A stretch of DNA of 64,000 nt from an uncultured Chloroflexia bacterium (GCA_963768035.1 CAVYGJ010000002.1:305453-369452), one strand, 5' to 3'; counted from the stretch's first letter, positions 49,942 through 63,674 are shown. Program-made: numbers and translations. The notes: generated from the letters alone by a model not told the origin.

Positions 49942-50918
49942 GCCTCGGCTCCCGGGCGCGTGCCGTGCTCGGCCTGGAGACGCAGCCGGTAGAGCGTCTC
50001 CCAGTCGCCGTACGGGATCACGAGCTTCGCGAGCTTCTCGTCGACCGAGGCGAAGTCGTCGGCCGATCGCCCGCGCCGCTTCGCGAGCTCCGCGAGGCGG
50101 TCCTCGATCTCCTCGGTCTCCTTCGTCTGGGTCAGGTAGGCATCGGTGAAGGCGAGCCGCTGCGCGAGCACGGCCCGCGCACGGGCGAGGAGCTTCTCCG
50201 GCCCGAGCAGCGCGATGTCCGAGGGGTAGACGAGGATCCCGAGGCCGTCGACACGGAGCTCGATCAGCCGGTCCGGGATGAGGGTGTCGATCCCGACCCC
50301 GCTCACCGCGGCGAGCAGGCGCGGCGGCACCTCGAGCACCCGGGGCGCGAACTGGCGGCGGACGGGCATGCCGGCGTCCTCGAGCGCCGCCTCGATGCCC
50401 TCGACGACCTTCTCGTACTTGCCGCCCTTGATGATCACGGGCAGGTGGTCGCTCGCCCAGCCGTTCTGGAGGCTGCGCACCTTGCGCACGATCGCGACCG
50501 CGGCGAGGAACAGGATCGTGAACGCCATCACCGGCGCGTAGAGATACCCGCGGAGCAGCTGGACGACGAACGCGCCGCCCTTCGGCCGGTCCTTGGGCGC
50601 CACGATGTTGATCGTCGCGGCGCCGATCGCGAGCGGCATCAGCATCGCCGTCCCCAGCACGATCCACGCCAGCCACGCGAGGGCGACGAACCCGGGCCGC
50701 GGGACCGCCGCGAGGAGGAACGCCTCGACGCCCGGGATCGAGACCGCGATCAGGGCGCCGAGCCACGCGAGCGAGCCCAGCGCGATGAACGAGAGCAGCG
50801 TCCGCTTCTCCCCGGGCACCCGCCCGAACAGGAGGATCACGGCCCAGCCGACGGTCATCGTCGCGACGCCGCCCATGAGCCGCGAGAGGGCCGTGAACGT
50901 GCCCGTGACGATCATCAT
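49938..50918 (-). CDS. membrane protein (N-terminal TM bundle plus a roughly 190-aa cytoplasmic domain), unknown function
   Basis: MMIVTGTFTALSRLMGGVATMTVGWAVILLF... then ...HLPVIIKGGKYEKVVEGIEAALEDAG...TEEIEDRLAELAKRRG. ATGA overlaps on both sides. Confidence 0.5.
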   Translation of the reverse strand: MMIVTGTFTALSRLMGGVATMTVGWAVILLFGRVPGEKRTLLSFIALGSLAWLGALIAVSIPGVEAFLLAAVPRPGFVALAWLAWIVLGTAMLMPLAIGAATINIVAPKDRPKGGAFVVQLLRGYLYAPVMAFTILFLAAVAIVRKVRSLQNGWASDHLPVIIKGGKYEKVVEGIEAALEDAGMPVRRQFAPRVLEVPPRLLAAVSGVGIDTLIPDRLIELRVDGLGILVYPSDIALLGPEKLLARARAVLAQRLAFTDAYLTQTKETEEIEDRLAELAKRRGRSADDFASVDEKLAKLVIPYGDWETLYRLRLQAEHGTRPGAEA

Positions 50919-52604
50919 CGGGGCGTCCCCGTGGCCAGCCCCTGCGGCCGCCGTCCGTCGGTCAGGTTGCGGTAGGCCTCCGGCACGCGCTTGGCGAGCG
51001 TCACCTCGCCCTCGTACTCGGACTTCTGGAGGCCGAACTCGGCCGTCCGCCCGTCGAAGCGCAGCGACGCGACGTGGTTGCCGAAGAACGGGCCGCCCGT
51101 CGTCGTCCAGTCGATGGTCGCGGGCGTCGCCCGCGCGAACCGGACGAGGAACCGGGTCAGCCGCGAGGCGAACCGGTTCCAGGCGACCTTGAACACCGCC
51201 CGCATCGCGAGCGGGATCCCGTTGTGCATCGGTGAGCAGGTGAGCTGGTAGACGCGTGATTGCATGGGGTGCCGGTAGGCCGCCTCGCTGACGTACGTGT
51301 GGTGGACATCCCCGGAGATGACGCAGATGGTTGCCGGCGCGGGCGCGCCGTCCTCGCCCGAGCCGATCCGGCCGATCAGCCGGGCGAGCCGCTCGAACGA
51401 ATCGTCGAAGGCGGCCCAGTGCTCGAGGTCCACGGCCCGCCGGACGTGCTCGGAGAGCCGCGCGACGAGCCGCCCGCGGCTGCCGTCGCACAGCGCCTCG
51501 TTCGCGGACTCGACGTCGTGGAGCGCCCGCGGCAGCAGCCACGGGACGGACGTCCCGATGACGAGGTGGTCGTACGCCCGGTCCGCGACCTGCTCCTCGA
51601 TCCAGGCGAACTCGCGCTCGCCGACCATGAGCCGCTTGTCGCCCTGGAGGATCCGGCCCGCCCGCGAGTCGATGATCAGGAGCCGCAGCCCGCCGAAGTC
51701 GCGCCGGTACGACCAGAGCGCGCCCCGGGCGCCGTCGGCCTCGAGGTCCGCGGCCTGGGCGAACGCGCGCAGGACGGCCTCGCCGTCGGCCGCGGCGCGG
51801 ACTCGCGCGTACGTCTCGTCGGCCTCGAGCCCGGCCGGGGACAGGTTGCCGAGGTGCTGGTAGACCCAGTAGGAGCTCAGGGCGCCGGTGATCCGCTCCT
51901 CCCACCAGCTCGTCGCCTGCATCTCGTCGCGCCACGCGCGCGAGGTGTTCCAGTCGTCGAGGACGTCGTGGTCGTCGAAGATCATCGAGCTCGGCATCAC
52001 GGACAGCAGCCAGCGGACCTCCGGGGTGCCCCACGCCTCGTGGTAGAGGTGCGTGTACTCCTCGAAGTTCGCGACCTGCTCGAACGGCGCCTTGGTGGTG
52101 TCGCGGCGCGCGGCCAGCCACTCGCGGGTGGGCTCGGACGGCTCGTCGGCGTAGACCTGGTCGCCGAGCATGAACAGGGCCTGGGGCCAGTCCTCGGGCG
52201 CACGGGTGGCCATCCGCCGCGCGTACCCGGCGAGGACGTCCTCGCCGGATCCCGTCGGGTCCTTCACGACGACCGCGGCGGGCGACCGGCACGACCCGAA
52301 CAGGACGTGGAACGGGCGCGACGTGTCGATCGTGCGCAGGACGCTCGGCGGATACGGACGAGTCGGCGAGCGGCCACGCCTGCGCGCCGTCGAGGTGGAC
52401 CGTGTACGCCTCGCAGGTGCGCTCGGGCAGCCCGTCGAGCACGAGGATCGCGTAGTGGTGGCCGGCGACCGCGAACGTGCGCCCGCTCGCCTGGCCCGAC
52501 GTGCAGCGGACGGCGACCTCGCACGGCGCGTCGGTCTCGACCCACACGGTGACGTCGTGGGTGCCGACGTGGCGGAGCAGGGGACCCAGGAGCAGCTCGG
52601 CCAT
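50915..52604 (-). CDS. PhoD-like metallophosphatase / alkaline phosphatase D family; one frame break near 52355
   Basis: N-terminal MAELLLGPLLRHVGTHDVTVWVETD... Then, in a second frame, ...FHVLFGSCR...LFMLGDQVYADE...MIFDDHDVLDDW...VISGDVHHTY. Confidence 0.8.
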
Positions 52605-52731
52605 GGGTCAGCTGACGCCCGGACGCGGTTGGACAGGGTGGACGGTTGCAGGACTGGGGGTCATGCGCTTCCTCGGAGGCGAAGGTGGCTCAGCGCATGG
52701 GATACCGCGCCGCACGTTAACGGACGCGTGC

Positions 52732-53478
52732 TCAGGAGCCGCCGCGCGTTGCAACCTCGCGCGCCCGCCGGCGCCACGCCGCGCGGAACGCCCACACGAC
52801 GGCGACGAGCCAGATCGCGCCGGCGATGTAGCCGCCGATCACGTCGGTCAGGTAGTGCGCGCCGAGGTAGATCCGGCTGAACCCGATGAGCAGCGCCAGC
52901 CCGATCGCGACGCCCGTCGCGACGATGCCGACCCGCCGTCCGAACAGCGCCCAGACGACGAACGCCACCGCGACGAGCACGACGATCGAGTCCATCGTGT
53001 GGCCGCTGGGGAAGCTGAAGTCCGGGTACACGCCCGCCCAGTCGAGCTTCGGGCGCGGCCGTCCGACGATCCGCTTGAGCACCTCGTTGACGAGGACGAC
53101 GCCGACCGCTGCGACGGCGACGAGGCCCGCGAGCCCGGGCCGGCGACGCGACAGCGCGACCGCGGCGGTCGCGGCGGCGAGCAGGAGCAGCGACGGGACC
53201 GTCCCGACGGCGCTCGCGCCGAGCATGAGCGAGTCCACGACCGGCGACGCGAACGAGTGCACGAACGGCGACGCGAACGTGTCGAGGGCGTTGACCTCCT
53301 GGTCCTGGACGACCGCGGCGAGGACGCCGAGCACGAAGACGAGGACCACGACGATCCCGACGCCCGACGACCAGGCGCGGGACGAGCTCCTTCGTCGCGG
53401 CCTCGGCGTCGACGGGCGCGCCGAGCTGCGCCGGCGAGGGCGTCTCGTCGATGGGGCGGTCGTTGGGTGTGGCTGACA
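52732..53478 (-). CDS. PAP2-family lipid phosphatase (copy b); one frame break near 53385
   Basis: MSATPNDRPIDETPSPAQLGAPVDAEAATKELVPR, then in a second frame ...VGIVVVLVFVLG...KRIVGRPRPKL / FPSGHT / SRIYLGAHYLTDV. Confidence 0.8.
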   Translation of the reverse strand, partial: CQPHPTTAPSTRRPRRRSSARPSTPRPRRRSSSRAWSSGVGIVVVLVFVLGVLAAVVQDQEVNALDTFASPFVHSFASPVVDSLMLGASAVGTVPSLLLLAAATAAVALSRRRPGLAGLVAVAAVGVVLVNEVLKRIVGRPRPKLDWAGVYPDFSFPSGHTMDSIVVLVAVAFVVWALFGRRVGIVATGVAIGLALLIGFSRIYLGAHYLTDVIGGYIAGAIWLVAVVWAFRAAWRRRAREVATRGGS

Positions 53479-53678
53479 TCGTGGCCGCGAGTATGGGCGG
53501 GCCCGCCGCGGCGTGACGTTGCAGCGTGCCTCGCGGGGCTTGCGTCTGCGACGCTCCAGCGGCTGCCCGCGGGCGCACCAGCGCCGCCGACGATGACGCA
53601 GCTCGCGCCGGACCGTGGGGACGCCGCGAGCGCTGGCGGGTGCCATCGCACGCCCGCGGATAGGGCATCCGCCCACGT

Positions 53679-53707
53679 TTGACCCCTTCTGGGGTCGCGC
53701 GTACACT
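53679..53707 (+). promoter_or_regulatory. candidate promoter of rpsU
   Basis: TTGACC (53679-53684), 17-nt spacer, TACACT (53702-53707). This leaves a leader of about 120 nt before rpsU. Confidence 0.5.
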
Positions 53708-53831
53708 CCGGCGGCCTGCCGACAGGGCCGCGCGCATCGTGCTCGTGTGCTCGTCGGGACGCCCCCTGCGCCGTCGGGCATCGCGCGCGGGAGGCGGGTA
53801 CGAGACTCCTGCCCGAGGAGGTGAACCGGGT

Positions 53832-54017
53832 TTGGCCGAAGTCCGAGTGGGTGAGAACGAGACGTTCGAAAGCGCCCTGCGACGCTTCAACAAGAAGATC
53901 CAGCAGAGCGGCATCCTCGCCGAGGCTCGCCGTCGCGAGCACTACGAGAAGCCGTCCGTGAAGCGGAAGCGCAAGGAAGCGAAGCGCAAGAAGAACGCAC
54001 GAGCGAGCCAGGGCTGA
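53832..54017 (+). CDS. rpsU: 30S ribosomal protein S21
   Basis: TTG start about 8 nt after GAGGAGG. (M)[54 protein letters not shown]. Confidence 0.85.
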   Translation: MAEVRVGENETFESALRRFNKKIQQSGILAEARRREHYEKPSVKRKRKEAKRKKNARASQG

Positions 54018-54189
54018 GCCACCCGGGAGCCGCGGATCAGTCGCCCAGCGACACCGACCGCGGCCCGAGTGACCGTCCCACCGCGTCGACCCCGGGATCC
54101 GTCCCGCGGCTCACCATCGGCGCAGCTCGCGGGTCCGGCACATCGTCAGCACGCGGAACGACGAGGCCGACCGCCCGAGGAGCCATCCG

Positions 54190-54666
54190 GTGACCCTACG
54201 CGAACGACTCCAGGCAGATACGACCGCAGCGATGCGGTCGGGTGACGCGCTGCGCCGCGATGTCCTGCGCATGGCCCAGAACACCATGTACAACATCGAG
54301 AAGGCGAAGAAGGTCACGCTGTCCGAGGACGAGGTCCTCGGCGTGCTGACGCGCGAGGTCAAGACCCGGCGCGAGAGCGTCGAGGCGTTCCGCTCCGGCG
54401 GGCGCGAGGACCTCGCCGCGAAGGAGGAGGCGGAGATCGCCATCCTCCAGGGCTACCTGCCCGATGCCCTCACCGAGGCCGAGATCGGCGCGCTCGTCGA
54501 AGAGGCGGTCGCGGCCACGGGCGCCTCGAGCGCCCGCGACCTGGGCAAGGTGATGGGCTGGCTGTCCCCGAAGACTCGCGGCCGCGCCGACGGGAAGGTC
54601 GTCTCCGGGCTCGTCGCCCAGGCGCTCGCCCGCGCGGACCTCGCGGGTCACGACACGGAGCACTGA
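54190..54666 (+). CDS. GatB/YqeY domain protein
   Basis: MTLRERLQADTTAAMRSGDALRRDVLRM...LTREVKTRRESVEAF...DLGKVMGWL. Follows rpsU, as in Firmicutes. Confidence 0.85.
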   Translation: MTLRERLQADTTAAMRSGDALRRDVLRMAQNTMYNIEKAKKVTLSEDEVLGVLTREVKTRRESVEAFRSGGREDLAAKEEAEIAILQGYLPDALTEAEIGALVEEAVAATGASSARDLGKVMGWLSPKTRGRADGKVVSGLVAQALARADLAGHDTEH

Positions 54667-54699
54667 GCGTCCCAGCCGGGACGTCCAGGAGCCACCACC

Positions 54700-56867
54700 A
54701 TGCTGTCCGCATCGGTCGACCCCGCAAGCAGCCGCTTCACGCGCAGTGACGCGGGGCGTCTGCTCGCGGCCAGCGCCGTCCTCGTGCTGGCGATGTCGGT
54801 CATCCTCGGGCTCGACATCCTGCCGGCGCAGACGCAGCTCGAGGTCGGCAAGCCCGCGCCCGGGAACGTCGTCGCCCCCGCAACGCGGGAGTACGTGTCC
54901 GATGTCCTCACCGAGCGCGAGCGGGCCGCCGCCAGTGGCGCCGTGCTCCCGCAGTACGACTTCACGATCGCGCAGGGCGCTGCAATCGCCGCGCAGCAGG
55001 TCCGGGCGCTCGACCGCAAGATCGCCCCGATCGACGCGGCGTTCGCGGAGGGCGTCAAGGCCGGAGGACCGTGCGACGCTGCTCGCGGACGCGCTCCCGG
55101 GCGAGCTGAACGAGGCCGACCGCGCGACGCTGACCGGCGCTCGACGCCGCCCGCTGGCAGGCCCTTCGAACGGAGGCGTCGCGGGTCCTCGACACGCTCG
55201 AACGGTCGGAGCTTCGCGACACCGAGGTGCCGCTCGTCGCCGACGGCGTCGAGAGCCGGTTCGCGGGCGATCTCACCGAGCCCGAGACCGCCCTCGGTGC
55301 GGCGCTGATCCGGCCACTCGTCGTCGGCAACTCCTCCTTCTCCGAGCTGATGACCGCGGCGGCGAAGAGCCGGGCGGCGGAGGCCGTCAAGGACCAGACC
55401 AAGGCGTGGGAACGCGGCGAGACGATCGTGCGGGCCGGCGACCGGGTCGACGAGGTCGCCTGGGAGGCGATCGACACCTTCGGGCTCAACGAGGGCGGCC
55501 TCGACGTCGCGCGGCTCGTCGGCTTCGTCGTGCTGTCCGTCCTCGTGATCGGCCTGCTCCTCACGTGGACGTGGCGCTTCCGGCGAGCCGTCTGGCATCG
55601 CAACAACGTCCTGCTCCTGCTGAGCCTCCTCCTGCTCGTCGCGGTGTTCGCGCTCAAGCTGACCGCCGGCCGGCCCTGGCTGCCGTACGCGCTGCCGCTC
55701 GCCGCCGTCGGGATGATCGTCACCGTCCTCCTCGACGCCGGCGCCGCGATGGTGATGACGGCGCTCATCGCGCTCCTCGCGGCGGCCGTGAGCAGCGCCG
55801 CCGGGACGACCGCGGGCGTGGAGCTCGCGGCGTACGTGCTGCTCGGCGGGATCGCGGGCATCGTCACGGTCCGGCGCGGCGAGCGGCTCGCCGTGTTCGT
55901 CCAGGCGGGCCTCGCCGTGTTCATCGTGAACGTGCTCGTCGTGGTGACGTTCGGCTTGTTCGGCGACCACGACATCTATGGCGTGCTCCAGCTCATCGGT
56001 GCCGCCGGCGTGTCCGCGGGCGGCGCGGCGGTCGCGACCGTCGGGTCGTTCGCGGTGCTGGGGTCGCTGTTCGGGATCCTCACCGCGTTCCAGCTGCTCG
56101 AGCTCGCGAACCCGTCGCAGCCGCTCCTGCGCCGGCTGCTCGTGGAGACGCCGGGCACGTACCACCACAGCCTGATGGTCGGGAACCTCGCCGAGCGGGC
56201 CGCGGAGGCGATCGGCGCGGACCCGCTGCTCGCGCGCGTCGCGGCCTACTACCACGACATCGGCAAGCTCTCGAACCCGGTCGCGTTCATCGAGAACCAG
56301 GCCGGCGGCGACAACATCCACGACGACCTGGACCCCGAGACGTCCGCACAGCTGCTCAAGAGCCACGTGAGCGCGGGCATCGACATCGCGTACAAGTCGG
56401 GGCTGCCCAAGGCGCTCATCGCGTTCATCCCGCAGCACCACGGGACCGCGGTCATGTCCTACTTCTACGCGCGGGCGAAGGAGCAGGCGGCGGCGCCGTT
56501 CGGCGGGGTCGACACCGTGGAGGGACGCAAGGCGGCCGAGGCCGTCGACATCCGCAAGTTCCGCCACGGCGGCCCGAAGCCCCAGGTCCGCGAGGCCGCG
56601 ATCATCATGCTCGCCGACTCGGTGGAGGCGTCGGTGCGGTCGCTGTCCGCCCGCGACGAGCCCGCGATCCGGGCGATGGTCAGCCGGATCATCGAGGAGC
56701 GGATCGCCGACGACCAGTTCGACGAGTGCGACCTCACGCTGCGCGACATCGAGATGATCCGCGAGGCGTTCGTGGCCCAGCTGCTGGGGATGTACCACCA
56801 GCGCGTGGCCTACCCGCAGAACAAGGTCGTCGAGCTCGAGAGCCGGCGCGCGGCAGGGGACAAGTAG
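54700..56867 (+). CDS. pgpH: 7TM-receptor HD-domain phosphohydrolase (PgpH/YqfF family, c-di-AMP phosphodiesterase-like); two frame breaks (about 55059 and 55138)
   Basis: AGGAG SD. Extracellular N-terminal domain spread over three frames, a 7-TM block, then the HD domain GTYHHSLMVGNLAERAA...AAYYHDIGK...IPQHHGT...MLADSVEA. Confidence 0.85.
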
Positions 56868-56881
56868 GGGCGTCGGCGACC

Positions 56882-57043
56882 TCGTGCGTACCACGCACGA
56901 TTTCTGCCCTCACACGTCGTCCCTGTGCGCCGGACGCACAGCCAAGGCCCATCGAGCACCGATTCCGGCCCGAGCAGTGTCGCGGCTGTGCGTCGCACGC
57001 ACGAACACGTCCAGACGCGTCGCGGATCGTGCGTCCCACGCAC
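56882..57043. repeat. array of four GTGCG..CGCAC palindromic hairpins in the pgpH-ybeY intergenic region
   Basis: TCGTGCGT-ACC-ACGCACGA (56882-56900). CTGTGCG-CCGGA-CGCACAG (56923-56941). GTGCGT-CGC-ACGCAC (56988-57002). GTGCGT-CCC-ACGCAC (57029-57043). The last two are each preceded by GTCGCGG. Confidence 0.75.
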
Positions 57044-57238
57044 AGACGCACCCCATGCGCGCTTCTCCGCGCGAAACGAGCCGTGTTCGCGCATCCCGTG
57101 CGCCATCCCGCTGCGAATCGTGGCTGGCTGGCCCTCGCGGGCGCCCGATCGCGCACCCCATGGACGATCGTCGCGCTGGTCGCCCGGAAACGTGCACCGC
57201 ATGCGCGATGGGTCGCCGGGCGCGGGTACGATCCCGGC

Positions 57239-57775
57239 GTGGGCAGTCACTACCTGGGTCCGTGGCGCATCGACGTCGAGTGGCGCGACGGCGTCGAGCG
57301 TCTGCTCCCCGCGACGAGGCTCGCCCGGGCGGTCGCGGCCGCGCTCGACGCGGCGGGTGCGCCCCAGCCCGCGTCCATCGGCCTGATCCTGTCCGACGAC
57401 GCCGAGCTCGCCGACCTCAACGCGATCCACATGGGCAAGGACGGCCCGACCGACGTCCTGTCGTTCCCGCTCCTCCCGCCCGAGGCGTACCCGCGGCACC
57501 CCGGCAAGGCCGCGGCTCCGGCGCAGGGACCGGGCGCGTTCGCCCTCCCGCCGGGGACGCGCCAGCACCTGGGCGACGTCATCGTCTCGGTCGAGCGGGC
57601 CGTCGACCAGGCGGAGCAGGGACGCGGCGGCCACACGGGCGACGTGCGCTGGGACGCCCGCGACGAGCTCCGCCTCCTCGTCACCCACGGCACGCTCCAC
57701 GTCTGCGGCTGGGACCACGCGGAGCCGGACGAGGAGGCCGCGATGCGCGCCCTCGAGCGGGAGCTGCTCGGGTAG
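57239..57775 (+). CDS. ybeY: rRNA maturation endoribonuclease YbeY
   Basis: ...TDVLSFPL...HGTLHVCGWDH zinc motif. GTG 57239 is 6 nt after TACGAT. Confidence 0.9.
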   Translation: MGSHYLGPWRIDVEWRDGVERLLPATRLARAVAAALDAAGAPQPASIGLILSDDAELADLNAIHMGKDGPTDVLSFPLLPPEAYPRHPGKAAAPAQGPGAFALPPGTRQHLGDVIVSVERAVDQAEQGRGGHTGDVRWDARDELRLLVTHGTLHVCGWDHAEPDEEAAMRALERELLG

Positions 57776-57913
57776 CTCGTGGGCCGACGCCCTCAACTGA
57801 CGACCACCGCGATACCATGGCGAGCGAGCCCCGTCGGACGCCGTCCCGGGGCCGTTCGCCGTGTCCGGGCGCGCTCAGCGCCGGGGCCGGCACGCTGAGG
57901 GCAGCCTCGAAAC

Positions 57914-58639
57914 GTGAAGCTCGTCGTCGGCCTGGGGAACCCGGGCAACCAGTACGCGGAGACCCGGCACAACGTCGGCTGGATGGTCCTGGACCGCATC
58001 GCGGACAACGCCGGCAAGTCGGGGCGTGGCCGCGACCGCGACACGTCCTCCGTCGTGGAGATCCGGACGGGCGGGCTGGAGCTCGTGCTCGCGAAGCCGC
58101 AGACGTACATGAACGACTCCGGGGCGCGCCGTCCGCCGGCTGCTCCAGAGCTACCACGTGCCGCTCGTCGACCTGCTCGTCGTCGCGGACGACTTCGCGC
58201 TGCCGTTCGGCAAGCTGCGGTTCCGCGAGGCGGGGACGCACGGCGGGCACAACGGGCTGCGATCGATCATCGCGGAGCTCAACAGCGAGAAGTACAGCCG
58301 CCTGCGCGTCGGCATCGGCGAGCCCGGGCGGGGCGCCGTGGACCACGTGCTCAGCCGGTTCAGCACCGACGAGCGCGCCCGCCTGCCGATCCTCCTCGAC
58401 GCGTCGGCCGAGGCGGTCGAGATGTGGGCGAAGCACGGCACCTCCAAGGCCGCGAACCGGTTCAACGCCTGGGACATGCAGGCGCCCGCGGCCGCCACCG
58501 AGGACGACGCCACGGCCGCAAAGCCGGGCGAGGTCGGCGGGCCCGCCGACAGCAACGGCGTCCGCCGCACGAAGACCGGCTGGCGCAAGATCCTCCCCGG
58601 CGCCGACGAGTCCGAGGACGAGAAGGGCGGCAGCCGCCG

Positions 58640-58643
<4 letters not shown>
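57914..58643 (+). CDS. pth: peptidyl-tRNA hydrolase with a roughly 55-aa charged C-terminal extension; one frame break at the G run 58121-58124
   Basis: (M)KLVVGLGNPGNQYAETRHNVGWMVLD...TYMNDSG, then in a second frame RAVRRLLQSYHVPLVDLLVVADDFALPFGKLRFREAGTHGGHNGLRSI... Confidence 0.9.
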
Positions 58644-62499
<3,856 letters not shown>

Positions 62500-62597
62500 A
62501 GCGTTCGATTCGTCAGGCTGCGTAGCTGCGCTGGCGGACCGCACCGACCTACCATTTGAGCAATGGAAGCCCTAGCGGTGACAACCCGTGCGTCTGA

Positions 62598-62753
62598 GTG
62601 ACGAGGACCGAACTCCTGATCAGCCTGGCGCCGGTCCTGCTCGGGAGTGGCACGCGGCTGTTCGACCACATCGGCAGTCAGTACCAGCTCGAGCGGATCG
62701 ACGTCGTTCCCACACCGAACGCGACGCACCTGCGGTTCCGCGTGGTCCGATGA
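62598..62753 (+). pseudogene. C-terminal remnant of a RibD_C/dihydrofolate-reductase-like family gene
   Basis: Reads (V)TRTELLISLAPVLLGSGTRLFDHIGSQYQLERIDVVPTPNATHLRFRVVR then stops. This matches only the last roughly 50 aa of this family, which has an intact paralog 300 bp downstream. No N-terminal part lies upstream. Confidence 0.45.
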
Positions 62754-63046
62754 TCCCAGCTCGACGCCGCCGACGTCGATCGTCGGCCGCCCGGTCGTGA
62801 CTCGGCTCCCGGTCCGTGCGGCACGTGGGTGCGATGTTCCGGATACGCCGCGCTGACCTGGGTCCAGCCGAGCGTTGATGCAGCCCGGCGGCCCGCGCGG
62901 TCGGACACCGCGTGGGCGCCCTCACGACCCTCGTTCTCCGAGCGGTCGTGGTCGAAATGGGCATGCTGTGGGTGGCGCCGCGATGCATTCGCCCTCGGCG
63001 GGCCTCAACATCACACGGATCGGGTCGCAAACGCGAGGAGACCGAC

Positions 63047-63631
63047 GTGACCGCTCTCTACACCTTCGATGTCTACTCCACCCTCGACGGCTATGGCTCC
63101 TACGGTCCCGAGGGTGATTGGGGCGGCTACTGGGGCAAGCAGGGACCGGAGTTCCTCGATCGCCGGCTCGCCCTGTATCACGAGCGGCAGCGGCTGGTCC
63201 TCGGCGCGAACACCATGCGGATGTTCATGCAGTCCATTGGCCCGCAGACCGGGTTCCTGAAGGACGTCGACCGTGTCAACGGCGCGATGCGGAGCCTGCC
63301 GACCATCGTCGTCTCGTCGACGCTCGACGGACCCCTCGATTGGCCCGACGCGACGCTGCTGCGCGGCGACGCTGTCACCGTGGTCGCCCGGCTCAAGGAG
63401 GAGTCCGACGTGCCGCTGCGGTCGCACGGCAGCCTGTCGATGAACCGAGCGCTCATGGCCGCCGGCGTGGTCGATCGCGTGCAGGTCACCCTCTTCCCCG
63501 TGGTTTCTGGCCAGACCGGCACTCGCCCGATCTTCGAGGGAGCCTCCGACTTCGACCTCGAGTTGCTCGAGAGCCGGACACTCGACGGCCACACCCTGGA
63601 GCTCACCTACCGGCCGACGCTTCACGCCTGA
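63047..63631 (+). CDS. dihydrofolate reductase-like (RibD C-terminal domain) family protein
   Basis: GAGGAG SD 7 nt before GTG 63047. ...TLDGYGSYG...LVLGANTMRMF...IVVSSTLDG...LRSHGSLSMNRALMAAGVVDRVQVTLFPVVSG... Confidence 0.7.
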   Translation: MTALYTFDVYSTLDGYGSYGPEGDWGGYWGKQGPEFLDRRLALYHERQRLVLGANTMRMFMQSIGPQTGFLKDVDRVNGAMRSLPTIVVSSTLDGPLDWPDATLLRGDAVTVVARLKEESDVPLRSHGSLSMNRALMAAGVVDRVQVTLFPVVSGQTGTRPIFEGASDFDLELLESRTLDGHTLELTYRPTLHA

Positions 63632-63674
63632 TCTCGTTCATCGCGACGCCGAGGACCTCGCACTCCGGCGCGCC

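Noticed and set aside
56882-57210. CRISPR array.
   Set aside because: The repeats are 15-19-nt self-complementary palindromes with irregular spacing and no uniform spacers, and no cas genes are in the window.
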